This document shows positions 9,499-21,190 of a stretch of DNA of 57,251 bases, one piece after another. The stretch is taken from assembly GCA_009103225.1 (NCBI GenBank), contig RHPI01001719.1, positions 30,633 to 87,883 of the forward strand. The letters run 5' to 3'. How positions within the stretch are numbered: the stretch's first letter is position 1; each line of letters opens with the position of its first letter. The notes below the pieces were generated by a model that saw only the letters and a program-made list of their open reading frames with translations, was not told the DNA's origin and did not search any database. The stretch is from Chlorokybus atmophyticus. Its lineage: Eukaryota > Plantae > Mesostigma and Chlorokybus algae. The translations under genes and the position numbers were made by a program.

Positions 9499-11442
9499 GG
9501 TCCGTGCCGCACCTTGTATGGTGCGGCACGGACCAGTACTCTACGCTGGTTCCTGGATGCGGACCAGGAGTGGGCCCGCGGCTCAGCGGCCCAGCAGCCG
9601 CGCACCGTACATAGTTCGTACCGCACCATGTATGGGGCGGCATGGACCAGCAATGTTGCTGGTTGGCGGCCCTGCAGGGCGCGCTACACGTGTAGCATGA
9701 CTGAAGTATCGTTATTGCATGTACGAGTACATAGGTACATTGTGTGTATCATCATTTAATAAATGACAGGCCGCACCGACTGTCGCTGCTTACCATAAAG
9801 TGGACAGTCGCAAATGGTCGGCGGCTGTCAATGTATAATGACAGCCGGCTGTCCATGTACATTTTAACTTGACAGCCGCCGACCAGTTGCGGCTGTCCAC
9901 TTGTGGCCTATACATGTATAAATGGATATGTGTATACATATAAATATATACATATAAATGGATATGTGTATATATACATATATATATATGTATACATGCA
10001 TATGTATATATATATATGTATACATGCATATGTATATATATGTTGATAAATATACGTGTGTGTGTGTGTGCATGTAGGAATAGGCTTAAGGTATACAAGC
10101 AAAAATTATTGACGTATTGCGGCCGCAATACGTAGCCGTGCAATTACTTCATATCTATCATTTCATGTACATACATTGTTGTAAGTATATTGATGCGCGT
10201 ACACATGTGCATTAGACCTTTCATATGCAAAATTATATATATCTAAAATAATGTATAAAAATATGATTGTACAAAGTGTTATGATTACTATACAATTACA
10301 TAGTCTACAATTATAATTAAAGCAAATTTACATCCATGCGTTGCGCGTGTAATTACATTATATATAGTTCGTTGGTTATTACATTATTATGATGTTCACA
10401 ACCGTTAATATCATACCATGAATACATATGTTGATGCTGTTCGCATGTTGCATTGCTAGGCGTAGTTTATGGTATGATTGATTTTAATAATTTGTATGAA
10501 ACAAAAGCGCAAGCAATGTCAGATGTTATGACTTATAGCCTTACTTGTATAACCTCATAAATGGCCTATAAAAGCCTCATGCGACCACAGAATCATCGAC
10601 AGCCCGATAAGGTACACTGGCTGCATTGACAGTCGCAATTTGGCTACTATCACTAAGCATTGTCATAATGACAGCCCCTAACAAGTCTACAAATTGTACT
10701 GGCGTATTGACAACCGCCGAGTTCGCGGCTACCGGTATGTAGTTTACCACCGTCCATGTAACTGGTACAGCCTATAAATGCTACAATTGCATAGGCTCAG
10801 CCTATGGGCCTATCAAAGTGACACACAATCTCCGACTGTCCATCGGCAATTACTGCCGCCGGCCGACAGTTGCTAAGCGGCTGTCGGCGCATGCAATAAA
10901 CAACATGATATAGGTTGCCATACGGCCCTACCGGTACGTGCACTTGTAGCTTAGTGGTTAGGGCGTCGTCTTTGATATGCTAAAGGTACTGGGTTCAAAT
11001 CCGGCCGATGCGGTGTGTTCTTGACTAATCATTCCACTAACTCCGCGGAGCTGGCCGCGGCCTCCTGCGCCGCAGGTTGGGCGTGGCCGGTGCCGCCGGC
11101 AAAGATGTCTCAACTTTTACTGCAGTTGCACTAATGTTTGCATTGTTTCATATTAAACTTCGGTCGATGGTCCGCTGGCCGGACCAGTTATTGAAGTATT
11201 GTGATGACTTTGTCCCTGGTCCGATGGCTGGACCATACCTGGTCCTGACGCAACAGTAATCGGCCGGACCTTAAGTGGTGCGTACCAAGGGACAATGGTA
11301 CCATTCACGTGAAATTCGGACCATGAACGGTCCGACTGTCGATGAAAACAGACCATGCAAGGTCCACCGATTTCATTTAGCAGGGGGAAATCCCGGTCCT
11401 GCGTCACGGACCATTCATGGTCCTTGAACGTCAATCCGTGTG
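9499..11442 (-). mobile_element. Non-autonomous CACTA/CMC-type element, one TIR retained
   Basis: Terminus (reverse complement) CACACGGATTGACGTTCAAGGACCA at 11442 matches 53815. GGACCA-N4-TGGTCC subterminal palindromes at both ends, GACWGTC/GACAGCC motifs, AT-rich core, no convincing ORF. Confidence 0.7.
9905..10075. repeat. (TA)/(TATG)/(TG) low-complexity microsatellite
   Basis: Runs such as tatatacatatatatatatgtatacatgcatatgtatatatatatatg. Confidence 0.85.
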
Positions 11443-11980
11443 ATACATACACAAAGGGCAACGCAAGACACAGAACTACCTCAAAGATGCACCCAGGCTG
11501 CATGGTGGCCATGCAGGTAAGTGCTGTACATGCACTCACCGTCCATTCATACGTGCATGCACTCATGAATGATATGCACAGGAGAACGCCTACATGACAC
11601 ATGAAACATTTGCTGCCTGGTTCAACCACTTCCTAGGCTACGTAGCTGGGGGCTCCAACCTCAGTACCCATGCATCCTCGTCATTGATAGCAAAATGTAG
11701 CTGGACCTCATCTTCAAGGCTAGAGAGCATGGAGTGCACATCATCCTGCTCCCTCCTCACCTGACACACACCATGCAAGTAGTGTTGCTGTGCATACTCT
11801 ACAATAGAACAATCAATACATGCTCTGACCTCTATTGCTGTAGGTGCTGGATGTCTCTTGCTTCTCTAGCTTCAAGGCTCGTTACCGTGAAGAACACCAC
11901 AAGCACATGCTGCGACAACAACCCGGACATGATGACCAAGGACGAGTTTGTGAAGCATCACAGCGAAATCATTCATGTTG
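11443..11980 (+). pseudogene. DDE_1 (pogo/Fot1/Tc5-like) transposase remnant with two introns
   Basis: Spliced, frameshifted reading: YIHKGQRK...GCMVAMQ|ENAYMTHETFAAWFNHF...ILVIDS...AREHGVHIILLPPHLTHTMQ|VLDVSCFSSFKARY. This matches the DDE_1 consensus NGWMT.E.F..W...F / LILD / LPPH.TH.LQPLD...F..LK..Y. Introns 11517-11581 and ~11777-11842. Confidence 0.75.
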
Positions 11981-12006
11981 CACACGACTTGACGTTCAAG
12001 GACCAT
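11981..12006 (+). mobile_element. Third CACTA-type terminus running into the assembly gap
   Basis: CACACGACTTGACGTTCAAGGACCAT, 2 mismatches to the TIR at 53815, followed by 10 N. Confidence 0.8.
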
Positions 12007-12016
12007 NNNNNNNNNN

Positions 12017-13286
12017 GCGGCCGTCCTCCGCCGCCCGCGTCGCGCCCGCGCTTCACGCCGCCGCGGCCGGCGCCATGGCCGCCGCGGGGGGCGTCGGCGT
12101 TGTGCTGACGCTGTCGGTGCTCAGAGTGCCACCAGGCGGGGTCGCGGGATGCGCTGCTGGTAAGAGACAACAAGTGGACGTTAACAACAACAGCAGCAGC
12201 AGCAGCAGCAGCAGTCGCTGCTATGAGTTGAACACATCACACCTTATACTTGTATTGCTTCATGGCTGTTATACTTTGTCGTGTCATACCAACAAGCAAC
12301 CATTCGTGGGAGAATGCATGATGTTGCTGTGTAGTGGTTGTACGTTGTTGTGTGAAGACCGCTTTGATGCAATGCGCACACAGTTACTGGGCCCGTGGTC
12401 GGTATGTGTACCACTTCATTGTCATTGCACTTGGTGTATGCAAGCGCACACATGCGCTGTTGTGCACGCCAAACCATTTCATTTCGCAGGTTTAGCAGTG
12501 GGCTTGGCAATTGTGGCGCCCATCATCACGCACGCGGGCGCCATGTTGACATTGGTTGGGTTCATCGAACTCGTCGTGTGGTTCGGGTTGGGACTCGCCG
12601 CTTATTATCTCCTCGACAGAATGCAACTGCATCGTTTGCTGGACGCCGTTTCCACGCCTCCAGCTACTGATAAGGTGGCCAACGGCAAGCACGATGATGA
12701 AGAAAAGGGAGAAGGAGCTGTATGGAAGGGTCATCCCGAACCGCGGTCAAGTGTTGGTTTGTTGAGCCAACCGACACCTCAAGCACCCAACAGACTGATA
12801 ACCTTGACCGTGATCAGCGCCGCGTGTTACGCCGCGTGGAATGGCGCGGATTTTGGCGTGCTTGTCGGCAGTTCCACGCAAAGCCAACCCGCATTTTTCT
12901 TACTTCTTCCTGCATTGTTGCGAGCGCTTCCAGCGTGCGCATTGGCGGCGTGTACACATTACTACTGCACGAAGTCAACACATGTTGGTGCACTTGGGGC
13001 TGTTTTTGTCGGCACGGTGCAGGCGATATCGGGCATGTCGGTGGTTTTCGGCGATATTGGCGGGACTTTCCTCAATGCTACGAGGCTGCGATACTTCCAT
13101 TATGCGGCGGCCGGGTTGATATCGGCGTTTCTGTTGCGCGAGTTGATACCAAGGCTGCGCGGGCACAAGTCGAGGTGGAAACTGCTCGGCCTTTGGTTGG
13201 GGTTCTGTTTAGCCAGCTGTAGTTACACATTTACGCTGTTGGTTTGTACATTCACGCCCTATTGCGGTAGCTCAAACAGTTTGTAA
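12017..13286 (+). CDS. Multi-pass membrane protein, ZIP (ZupT/GufA/ZIP11)-like; 5' end lost in the gap
   Basis: Long terminal exon from ~12491 with several hydrophobic helices and C-terminal AAAGLISAFLLRELIP...GLWLGF, resembling the ZIP AAG.M.Y....ELIP...G...GF motif. The canonical HNxPEG is absent. Confidence 0.55.
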
Positions 13287-14192
13287 CCTATGCGGTACCA
13301 TATAATGTTATTTGTGCAAGAGTATGTTATCAGCTGCAGGTGTTGTATAAGTGTTGCACTAGTTGATAGCATGTTCTCCAATCGGTACATGCGTTTATGG
13401 GATAAATGCAGCATAACAACAGCAGCAACTGCCCGTTATGGCCAGTGTCAGTGTCAGTGTCACGCTAAAGCATTTGCGGCGCACCAAGGTCTTCACACAT
13501 CATTCGCTTTGGCACGACTTGTGCAGCAACTCTAGAAGGTGATATAGTAATGCGCAAGTACAGGTTCTGACCTGTACATCAGCAGATAGGGTGGGGCGAG
13601 GCATGGCTAACGCTACATGTCAAAGCAGACAATGAGGAGAAGGGAGTGAGCACACTGCAGTCATGCAGACCTTGTGCAGCACGCAGTGTGATGGGCTGGT
13701 AGAGTGGCTTGTTCACCTCCATAGGCTTGTTGGGACACCTCTGTTGAGAAGAACAATCCACAACGACATAGGGCCAGCTCAGCTTGGCTTGAGCCGTGCT
13801 GCAGACTTATTGACCTAGATTGACCTATGATCTTTTCCTCTGGGTGTGAACAGAAAACCTGGTGTAAGGTACTACATGTATGTAAGCACACAGGTAGATG
13901 TCTGTATGTTGGGTGAAAATCCCATCAGCGTATACACAAGCAAAACTTTGTCATCTCACAGACACACTCTGATGCTGGCCAATGTGGCCCCCCCCCCCCC
14001 CTTAACTTGACTGTAAACTCTGTTTTTGACCATGCACTACGCGTGTCGCTTGGCCCTTTCTCAGCCTTGAAAAACCCAACGTATTTACTACAACGCAAGC
14101 CAACTCAATCTGCGCTCTTCACGGACTACTTGTGTGGTTTGTGTGCACCTGCGCCAACTCTTTCACTTCACGGCCCAACGCAATCGCCAGCA

Positions 14193-16349
14193 TCATCGCA
14201 CAGCAGGTCCAGCAGGACTGCGCTGTTGTTGTTGTTCTCGTCGGTCCCGTTGTTGCTGCTGTTGCTGCTGTTTACATTGCTCATGCTTTTGTTGTTGTTG
14301 TTCTGTTATAATCCGCTGTTGTTGGTGTTGTTCCCTCCGCGTGCGCGTCTCGCTCTTCCCGTGCGCCACACGCCACGCGCGCAGCCCCGTCAACAGCGTG
14401 TCGAGACCCGCGTCCGCTGCCTCCGCCGCCGCCGCGTCGAGGTGGACGTGTGATGATGTACGAGCAGCGTGGTGCGTGTGAAGCTCGCGCAAGAGCTCGC
14501 CGGCGGCGGCCGCCGTGCACGTCTTGTCCACCGCGGGCTGGGGCCTGGAAAGGAAACAGATGTGTACATGTGTGCACGATACAAACTTCTATGTGGTTGG
14601 ATGTGGCCTGAAGCAACGTACTGTGCGCGTGCGCGTGTGTGTGTGTGTGTGTGTGCGTGCGCGCATAACCACACACGAGTGCACGCGAGCGCAAGCGCGC
14701 GTACACATATACAGACGCAGCCACTACGTACGAGCGTTCGCACGCGCACGCGCACGCGCATGCGCATGCATGTGCGTGTGCATGTGGTTGCACGTGCGTG
14801 CGTGTACTTATGTGTGTGTCCGCATGTGGTTGCAGTCCATACTATGTTAAAACGTGGTCACATTATGCCTTGCATGCGCTGAGAAGGTGATGTTACACCA
14901 AAGCTTTGAGGTACCCAACCCTTACAGGTCGAGCATGGCCTGCATCAAGTGCAACACTCTCGCATACCTGAGTGTGTGCAGTGCCGACTCTTGCTCTGGT
15001 TGCAGCTGCAAGCACGGCAACCTAAAACCGCGCTTCTCCGCTTGAACCTGTGCGCCATCGAGTATGTAATCCATGCAATGCATGACGACACACACACGCG
15101 CACGCGCACACGCACACGCACACAACTGCACTTACACACACATATATACGCGCATGCTTACCACCAGGCGCTTCAGCATCGCGCGCGAGTTGCTCCATGT
15201 CCCGTCCAAAAGAATGAAGTTGACCGGCCCCTGAAGGTGGTTGACTATCATATAATACTACAATCACGCCGTTATCACGGTGGCATGCATGATACAACAT
15301 AACACCCTCACCAATGTTGGATCAGGCCTGATGTCCACCTGAGGCACCTCTGCGTGCTCCACTTGCAGAGCTTTCAGCTGCGCGACGGGAAAGAGCACAT
15401 ATGCTCGCTGGTGCTCTGACACAACATCTATCAGTTGTTGGTTTTGATGAACATGTGGTGACTATCACACCAAACGTGCACGTACGAGGGTTGGTGAGCG
15501 CGGACCACAATCGGTCTTCGTGTTCTTCTACGCCGAAGATGCACAGCGTGGCGGAGTCCTCGCCAAACACGTGCCACAGCACCTTGCCGCTGTTGTTGAT
15601 GCGCCTGTACTCCTGCGCGGACGTTGGGCGTGCACACGCCACGTTGATGTGAAGCTTTTGAGCAAAAGCAAAAGCATTGATGAGAGTGTGATGGATGTCA
15701 GCTTACCTTCGGGTGCATGTAGAGCCACAATCGAACTCCCGGCCAGAGCGTGTGCTTCTTCATGTGCCCGCATATACAATGGAAAGCTGGAAACCAGCAC
15801 TGCGGCACACATACAGGTCAAGCAGAACATGAGTGCTCGACATTATGCACACGCATGCACGCGCACGCGCGCGCGTGCATGCGCACAGGGGCATACACAT
15901 ACACACGCGCGCACACGCGCACATATATACGCACACGCGCACTTTGTACATACACACACACGCTCGAGGAGGCGCACACATGCGCGCGCGCACACACACA
16001 TACTCAACCCATGCGCTCGCGCACGTCCACACATATTCTTTCCCACACTACTCACTTGCGCGCACCCCCCCGCGAAGGCCGTCGCCATGACCCTCGCCCC
16101 GACGGCGTGCGCCGCGAAGATGCGCAGCCTCTCCTCGTCGCTGCCGGCCGCCGCGATCAGGCGACGGCACAACAACTCGCTCGGCACGTCATCGTCCGCA
16201 ACAACACTCGTGCCGTTGCCTTCGGGGAGGTGAGCGTCGTTGGACTCGGCGAGGAGGAGAGCCTCTTGCTGGGAAAGAGGAGAGGTGTGTGAATGCGGTG
16301 GGTGGGATGTAAGCAGGTACGTGTTTTGGATGGAGTCTGGGTGAGCCAT
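14193..16349 (-). CDS. DTW-domain tRNA-uridine aminocarboxypropyltransferase (TapT-like, plant type), spliced
   Basis: Exons encode RINNSGKVLWHVFGEDSATLCIFG, GPVNFILLDGTWSNSRAMLKRL (DGTW at 15206-15195) and ESALHTLR|PQPAVDKTCTAAAAGELLREL, with a Gln-rich tail. Start codon is tentative. Confidence 0.85.
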
Positions 16350-17469
16350 GGTTGTGAGTGTGATAGACAATCAAGGCTTCAAGGGCGATGCGTGGGAGTT
16401 ACCCGACACACACACAGCGCAGTGGATGTTCGACTCACTGTTTTCATCACTCAACAATGGCTGGCCTACTTTCCAATTGAGTGAGTGAGTGCGTGCGTCT
16501 GCGAGTGAGTGGGCGAGCAGCAACTCCGTAACTGTGTCAGATTGAGAGGGCATGAGTGAGACAGTAAGTGCTGGTCCCTCACTCCCTTGTTGAGAGATCA
16601 GGAAAGTGAGTGAATGAGAAACCGAGTGATCGAGTGAGTAAGTGAATGCTGCTCACGCCTTGACTGACTCACTTACGTACTGTCACTCATTACTCCATTG
16701 CAACAACTAGGCAACAAAAAACATGCGAGTCAGTGAGCGAGTGAGCGAGTACTCAGGCATGCATACCTGTATGGTTTCCGCGAGTTGTTTGGTGAGTGCG
16801 GGCAGTGCGGCCCACTCGTCCGGATGATCACGCTGCAGCCGTGCCCACTCGCCAGCCTTGTGCCTTTGAGCTTCAACAAGAGAGGGACACCGTCAACTCG
16901 CACACCCACACGCACAACTGCATACATGCGCACAACAGGCATTGCCTCATGAATGTTCATTTTCCAACTACCAAGCAGACAACGCGAGTACTACGTTGAA
17001 TTTGTGTGAAACAATCCGTCGTCCGTCTCGCATTGGTCTGACTTCAATGCTGTGAAGTGACGGCGACAGCACATACACGCGATGTGTTGAGGTTCTTGTT
17101 CCATTGCAGTCAGAAGTTGCAACAACTCGGATTAACAATCAATCCTGGTGAACTGAAGACAAGAATAGCAGTGCATTAACATCTAGAGACTATGGTTTGT
17201 CAGCATCAATTGGACTACCAGCATTATGTCAGCCAGTGTCACACCTCTGCTTCTAAACTAAAGCTTCTCCTTGCCTTTGGTGGCGAAGTCCATCCTCTGT
17301 CGGGTGCCTTTCTGAGCCGGTCCCGAACCCGCCTCTCCCGCTCGGCAGGTCCCAATGCAGGCAATTTGGTGCAGGTAGCGGGACCCGGACCCGACTGCAG
17401 CAGGACCCGCCCTGACTCTGCTCCTGCTGGTCAATGCCGACAACACCGCCGCCGCCGCCGGCCGCCACT

Positions 17470-17830
17470 GCTGAAGCATGTGTACTAGACTGCGGCCTGG
17501 GCCTGGCGCCGCCGCCGCCGCCGCCGCCTTACAGCGTTGGTGCCAGGCCGGGCTCGGACCAGGCCAGGCCAGGCCAAGCACAGTTACTGTCTGTAGACGC
17601 CAGGCCTGGCCTTGCCGCCGCTGCCGCCGCCCTACAGCAATAGTGGCAGCCTGGAGCTTCCAGGCCCGACCAGGCCAGGCCGGACGGCGGAGCAACCGAC
17701 TGCCGACCAGGCCAGGTCTGGCCAGGCCAGGCGGCGGCGGACTCGCTGTAGCAGAACGGACGCGGAGAGGCGGTCAGCGTGATAGTGAGAACGGTCAGGC
17801 CCGGCCTGGCCTGGCCTGGTGTGGCCTGGT
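17470..17830. repeat. CCAGG/CCTGG pentamer-rich GC region with (GCC)n
   Basis: Many tandem ccaggccaggccagg and cctggcctggcctgg blocks directly upstream of the acylphosphatase ATG. Confidence 0.7.
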
Positions 17831-17864
17831 GCGATCTGATCTGGACGGGTCTGGCGTGGGGACT

Positions 17865-19040
17865 ATGGCGCTGGGACGCTTCCTGTTTCAAGTGTCTGGC
17901 AAGGTGGCAATAACATGAGGCAGTAGTGTCCTGAGACTAGTTGCCAAGGAGGCTTAACAGTCATCGCAATCCTGTAGCCTACATGTGTTAACATGTAGCC
18001 TACAACGATTGTCAAGATGCACTAACAGACATGACACTCATAGACATGCGCACGAAACAGCATGTGGTCACACTTGCATGCAAGCACAGTCACACACACA
18101 TGCAGACATCTCAACTACTCTGCGTACACACACACACACACAGGCAGACACGCACGCATGCGCATAGGGTAAAGCAGAGGGGCCCGTAATATCAGTACGC
18201 ACATGTACACACGCGCATGTTGGTGCAAGCGTGCGTATACGATTTGCACAATAGGACACCAGACGATTTGCACAATAGGACACCTGTGCGTACATCTAAA
18301 AGTGTGCTTATGTTGTTACAACATTCCAAACGCTGGATCACTTAAAGAACCTCATATTCAGCACAGTCCCTTGCAGATGCCACCCTCAGGGATGGACTGT
18401 GTCTGCATGAACTTTCATGCAGTCAAGTGCACGTTCCATGCACGTGAAAGCTGCACTGCTGCAACAGGTGCAAGGCGTGTTCTTCAGGAACTACACCGTG
18501 GACAAGGCTCGGGAATTGGGACTTGTGGGCTACGTCATGAATGCTCCGGATGGCACTGTCAAGGGGGAGGTGCAGGGGGACACGAGGAACCTGGCTGTCA
18601 TGTGAGTGTGTGAGCAGACAGGCATTGGACGTGCCTGTGTGTGCGCTTGCATGCATGCACGCGTGTGCGTACACACGCGCGCACATGCTCGCAAGCACAC
18701 ACTTGTGCACACACACAGGCGTGCATGTGTCCACATGCACACACATGTGTGCACACACAGGCGCACATGCGCGCACGCTACCTTAAGCATCAATGATTGA
18801 GCCTGATAGTATATGGCAGACAGCAATGGTTGCATGTGTGTTTGCAAAGATGCATATGCGCACACGCACGCTGCATGAAGCACCATTAGTTGCAAACCCC
18901 CACACGGCAGGAAGCAATGGTTGCAGACGGAAGGCTCACCGCAATCGAGGATTGACAAGTGCTTGTTCTCGCACGAGGAGGACAACTTGAAGGAGCTCAA
19001 ATACTCAGAGTTTGCGAGGCGCAAGACTCATGCAATGTGA
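17865..19040 (+). CDS. ACYP: Acylphosphatase
   Basis: Exons 17865-17903, 18468-18601 and 18911-19040 give MALGRFLFQVSGK|VQGVFFRNYT...GYVMN..DGTVKGEVQG...|MKQWLQTEGSPQSRID...EF, including the GxVQGVxFR signature. Confidence 0.93.
18239..18284. repeat. 22-bp tandem duplication in acylphosphatase intron 1
   Basis: acgatttgcacaataggacacc occurs twice, separated by ag. Confidence 0.85.
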
Positions 19041-19114
19041 CCAGTACCACACCAAGACCTATGTCTTACACTGTATGTATCAGGCATAACTGCAATTTCA
19101 GTTCACTGATGCAG

Positions 19115-21190
19115 CTATAAATGAAACGACGGTTCTATTATGTGAAACAACCCATCTGGGTTATCTGTATGCACCCAATGTCCCGCGTCGTGCAGCATGT
19201 GTATGTTCAGAGAGTTGCCTTTCAAGTCTCCTGTTTACACACACACAACGTACAAGTCAGACCATGCTTGTGTTCACGTCTCTCTGTGAACGCGAGTGAA
19301 TGCAAGCAACAACATGCAACATCCCAACATGGTGGAAGGCCATTGTGCTTCACCTGCATCCATGGAAGCCCACTCAATGCGAGTGTGATCACCTCCCGCC
19401 CATCTGTGCATACTGCACACACACGCACAGGTTGTGCACTTGATGCTACCGACGCTGCCACACGAAAGATGCTGACACGCACACACACATCCCCCTCTCC
19501 TCCCGCCCCCCCGTGCACACGCACAATCACTGATGAGGTTACTTCTCACCTGCGCTCTGCCCGAACAAAGCTCAGATGCACGCCAGCCGGCAAATTTTCA
19601 ACCACGGGCCAAAGATCAATTGTTTTGTATGACTCGAGCATGTCCGCAATGGCCTCGAGATTAAATGCCCACCGAAACGTCTGGTCACCGTTCACACCAT
19701 GCTGCCGCAGGTTGGTTGTCATCCACTGTGCAATGCCTTGAGAGAACCCATGCTGGGTCAGGTAGTCCACCAGGACAGACCTGTTGGCCACCTGTGATGT
19801 TGGGCACAGCAAGGTGAATGAGTGTGTCAGTCAGTCAGTGAGTCAGTCAGTCAGTTAGTGCATTGTTTTGCATGCATGGCAAGGTGTTGAGGAATGTGTC
19901 TTACTGGCATGGGGAAGCCTCGCAGCACTCGGATTAACCGCTCAGGCGAGTCCTCGCCATCCGGTCCAAAGCGCACTTCGCCAGGTGTTGCATCCAGCAC
20001 CCACACCTGGGACCAGTCAGTGAGTATTTGTGATAGCGACAGATCAACCATGACAGCTGATATTAGTAGTGCTGTTACAGCACCTGTACAGGCCGCGATA
20101 GAGGCTTCTTGGCCTGGTCCACCATGCTCAACACCACTGTTGGCAGCAGCCTTAGTTGAAAAAATGATGACAACACTGAACAGAGATGGAAGTTTTGCTG
20201 TGCCAGTGTGCACAGTGCTGATGGCCGAAGACCTTACCTTTCCCGCCAAAGCTGTGGCCGACCAGCATGCGAGGTATGAGACGCAGCTCTGCAACCTGTG
20301 GTTACCAGCTAAGATTGCGCTTGTAGCTTTGGTTATGGCAGGGAGTGACTGTTGAAACCCAAGACACGGAAGTATACATGAATGTGTTGGCAAACACAGT
20401 GGTTTGCTACTCACCAACTGCAGGACATCACGAGCCGCAGATTCAACAGTGTGCGGAGCTGCATAGCTCCTGGCTGCGGACTCCCCATGACATCGCAAGT
20501 CCACACAAAGAAACTGCCATGATGGAAACGCCTGCGCAAGGCGCCTTGCAAAGGAGGCTGCACATAAAGAGAGACGCTCTATCAGTTTCTTGACGTACTG
20601 AGTTGACATATTCGACGCAAGGAAGAGTTGAACACAACGCTGCTTCCCCACCCCAGTTGCGTCCCTTGCCGAGGATGCCGTGCACGAGAACAGCTGTTGG
20701 TGGCGCCACTCCGCTTGCTGGGTCCTGCACATTGCGCCGTTTGATGTGCACCGTTACAGTCAAGCTGGCCACACTTGTGCACTGCTTCGTGCAAGCAGTG
20801 CACAATTTTTGCTGTACGCACGGACCTGCACACTCCAGCGAACCAGCGCGCCGGGGAACAACTCGTAAGCCTGCATGAAGCGAGACGCAAGATGTGGGAA
20901 GAATACATGGGTACTCACTCAACCGCGCACGGGCATACACATGCACTCGAATGTGGGCGAAAGCACTCGCACAATGTTTGGCTGTGAACAGATAGCTCAC
21001 CAGCCTGTGCGTCTGTGGCTTTGCCTGCTGCTGCTGCTGCTGCGCCTGCTGCTGCTGCTGTACAGTAGCAGATGAAACCACGCCTGTATGACCCCACGCC
21101 CTTTGCACTCGATCTCGTTTCCTGCACACGCTGAATGTTGAGCTACTCCCCAAGCAAGAGACTTGATGCTGCTGGCGGAGTAAACAGCGC
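19115..21190 (-). CDS. Alpha/beta hydrolase, ABHD11/YbfF-like, spliced; 5' end unresolved
   Basis: AYELFPGALVRWS, AVLVHGILGKGRNW, VDLRCHGES, LVGHSFGGK (GxSxG), VWVLDATPG, IAQWMTTNL and HDAGHWVHTDNPDGL (catalytic His); stop TAG at 19117-19115. Confidence 0.9.

Noticed and set aside
11844-13286. Single 480-aa ORF
   Set aside because: Chimeric: it joins a DDE_1 remnant, a CACTA TIR, the N gap and introns of the ZIP-like gene.
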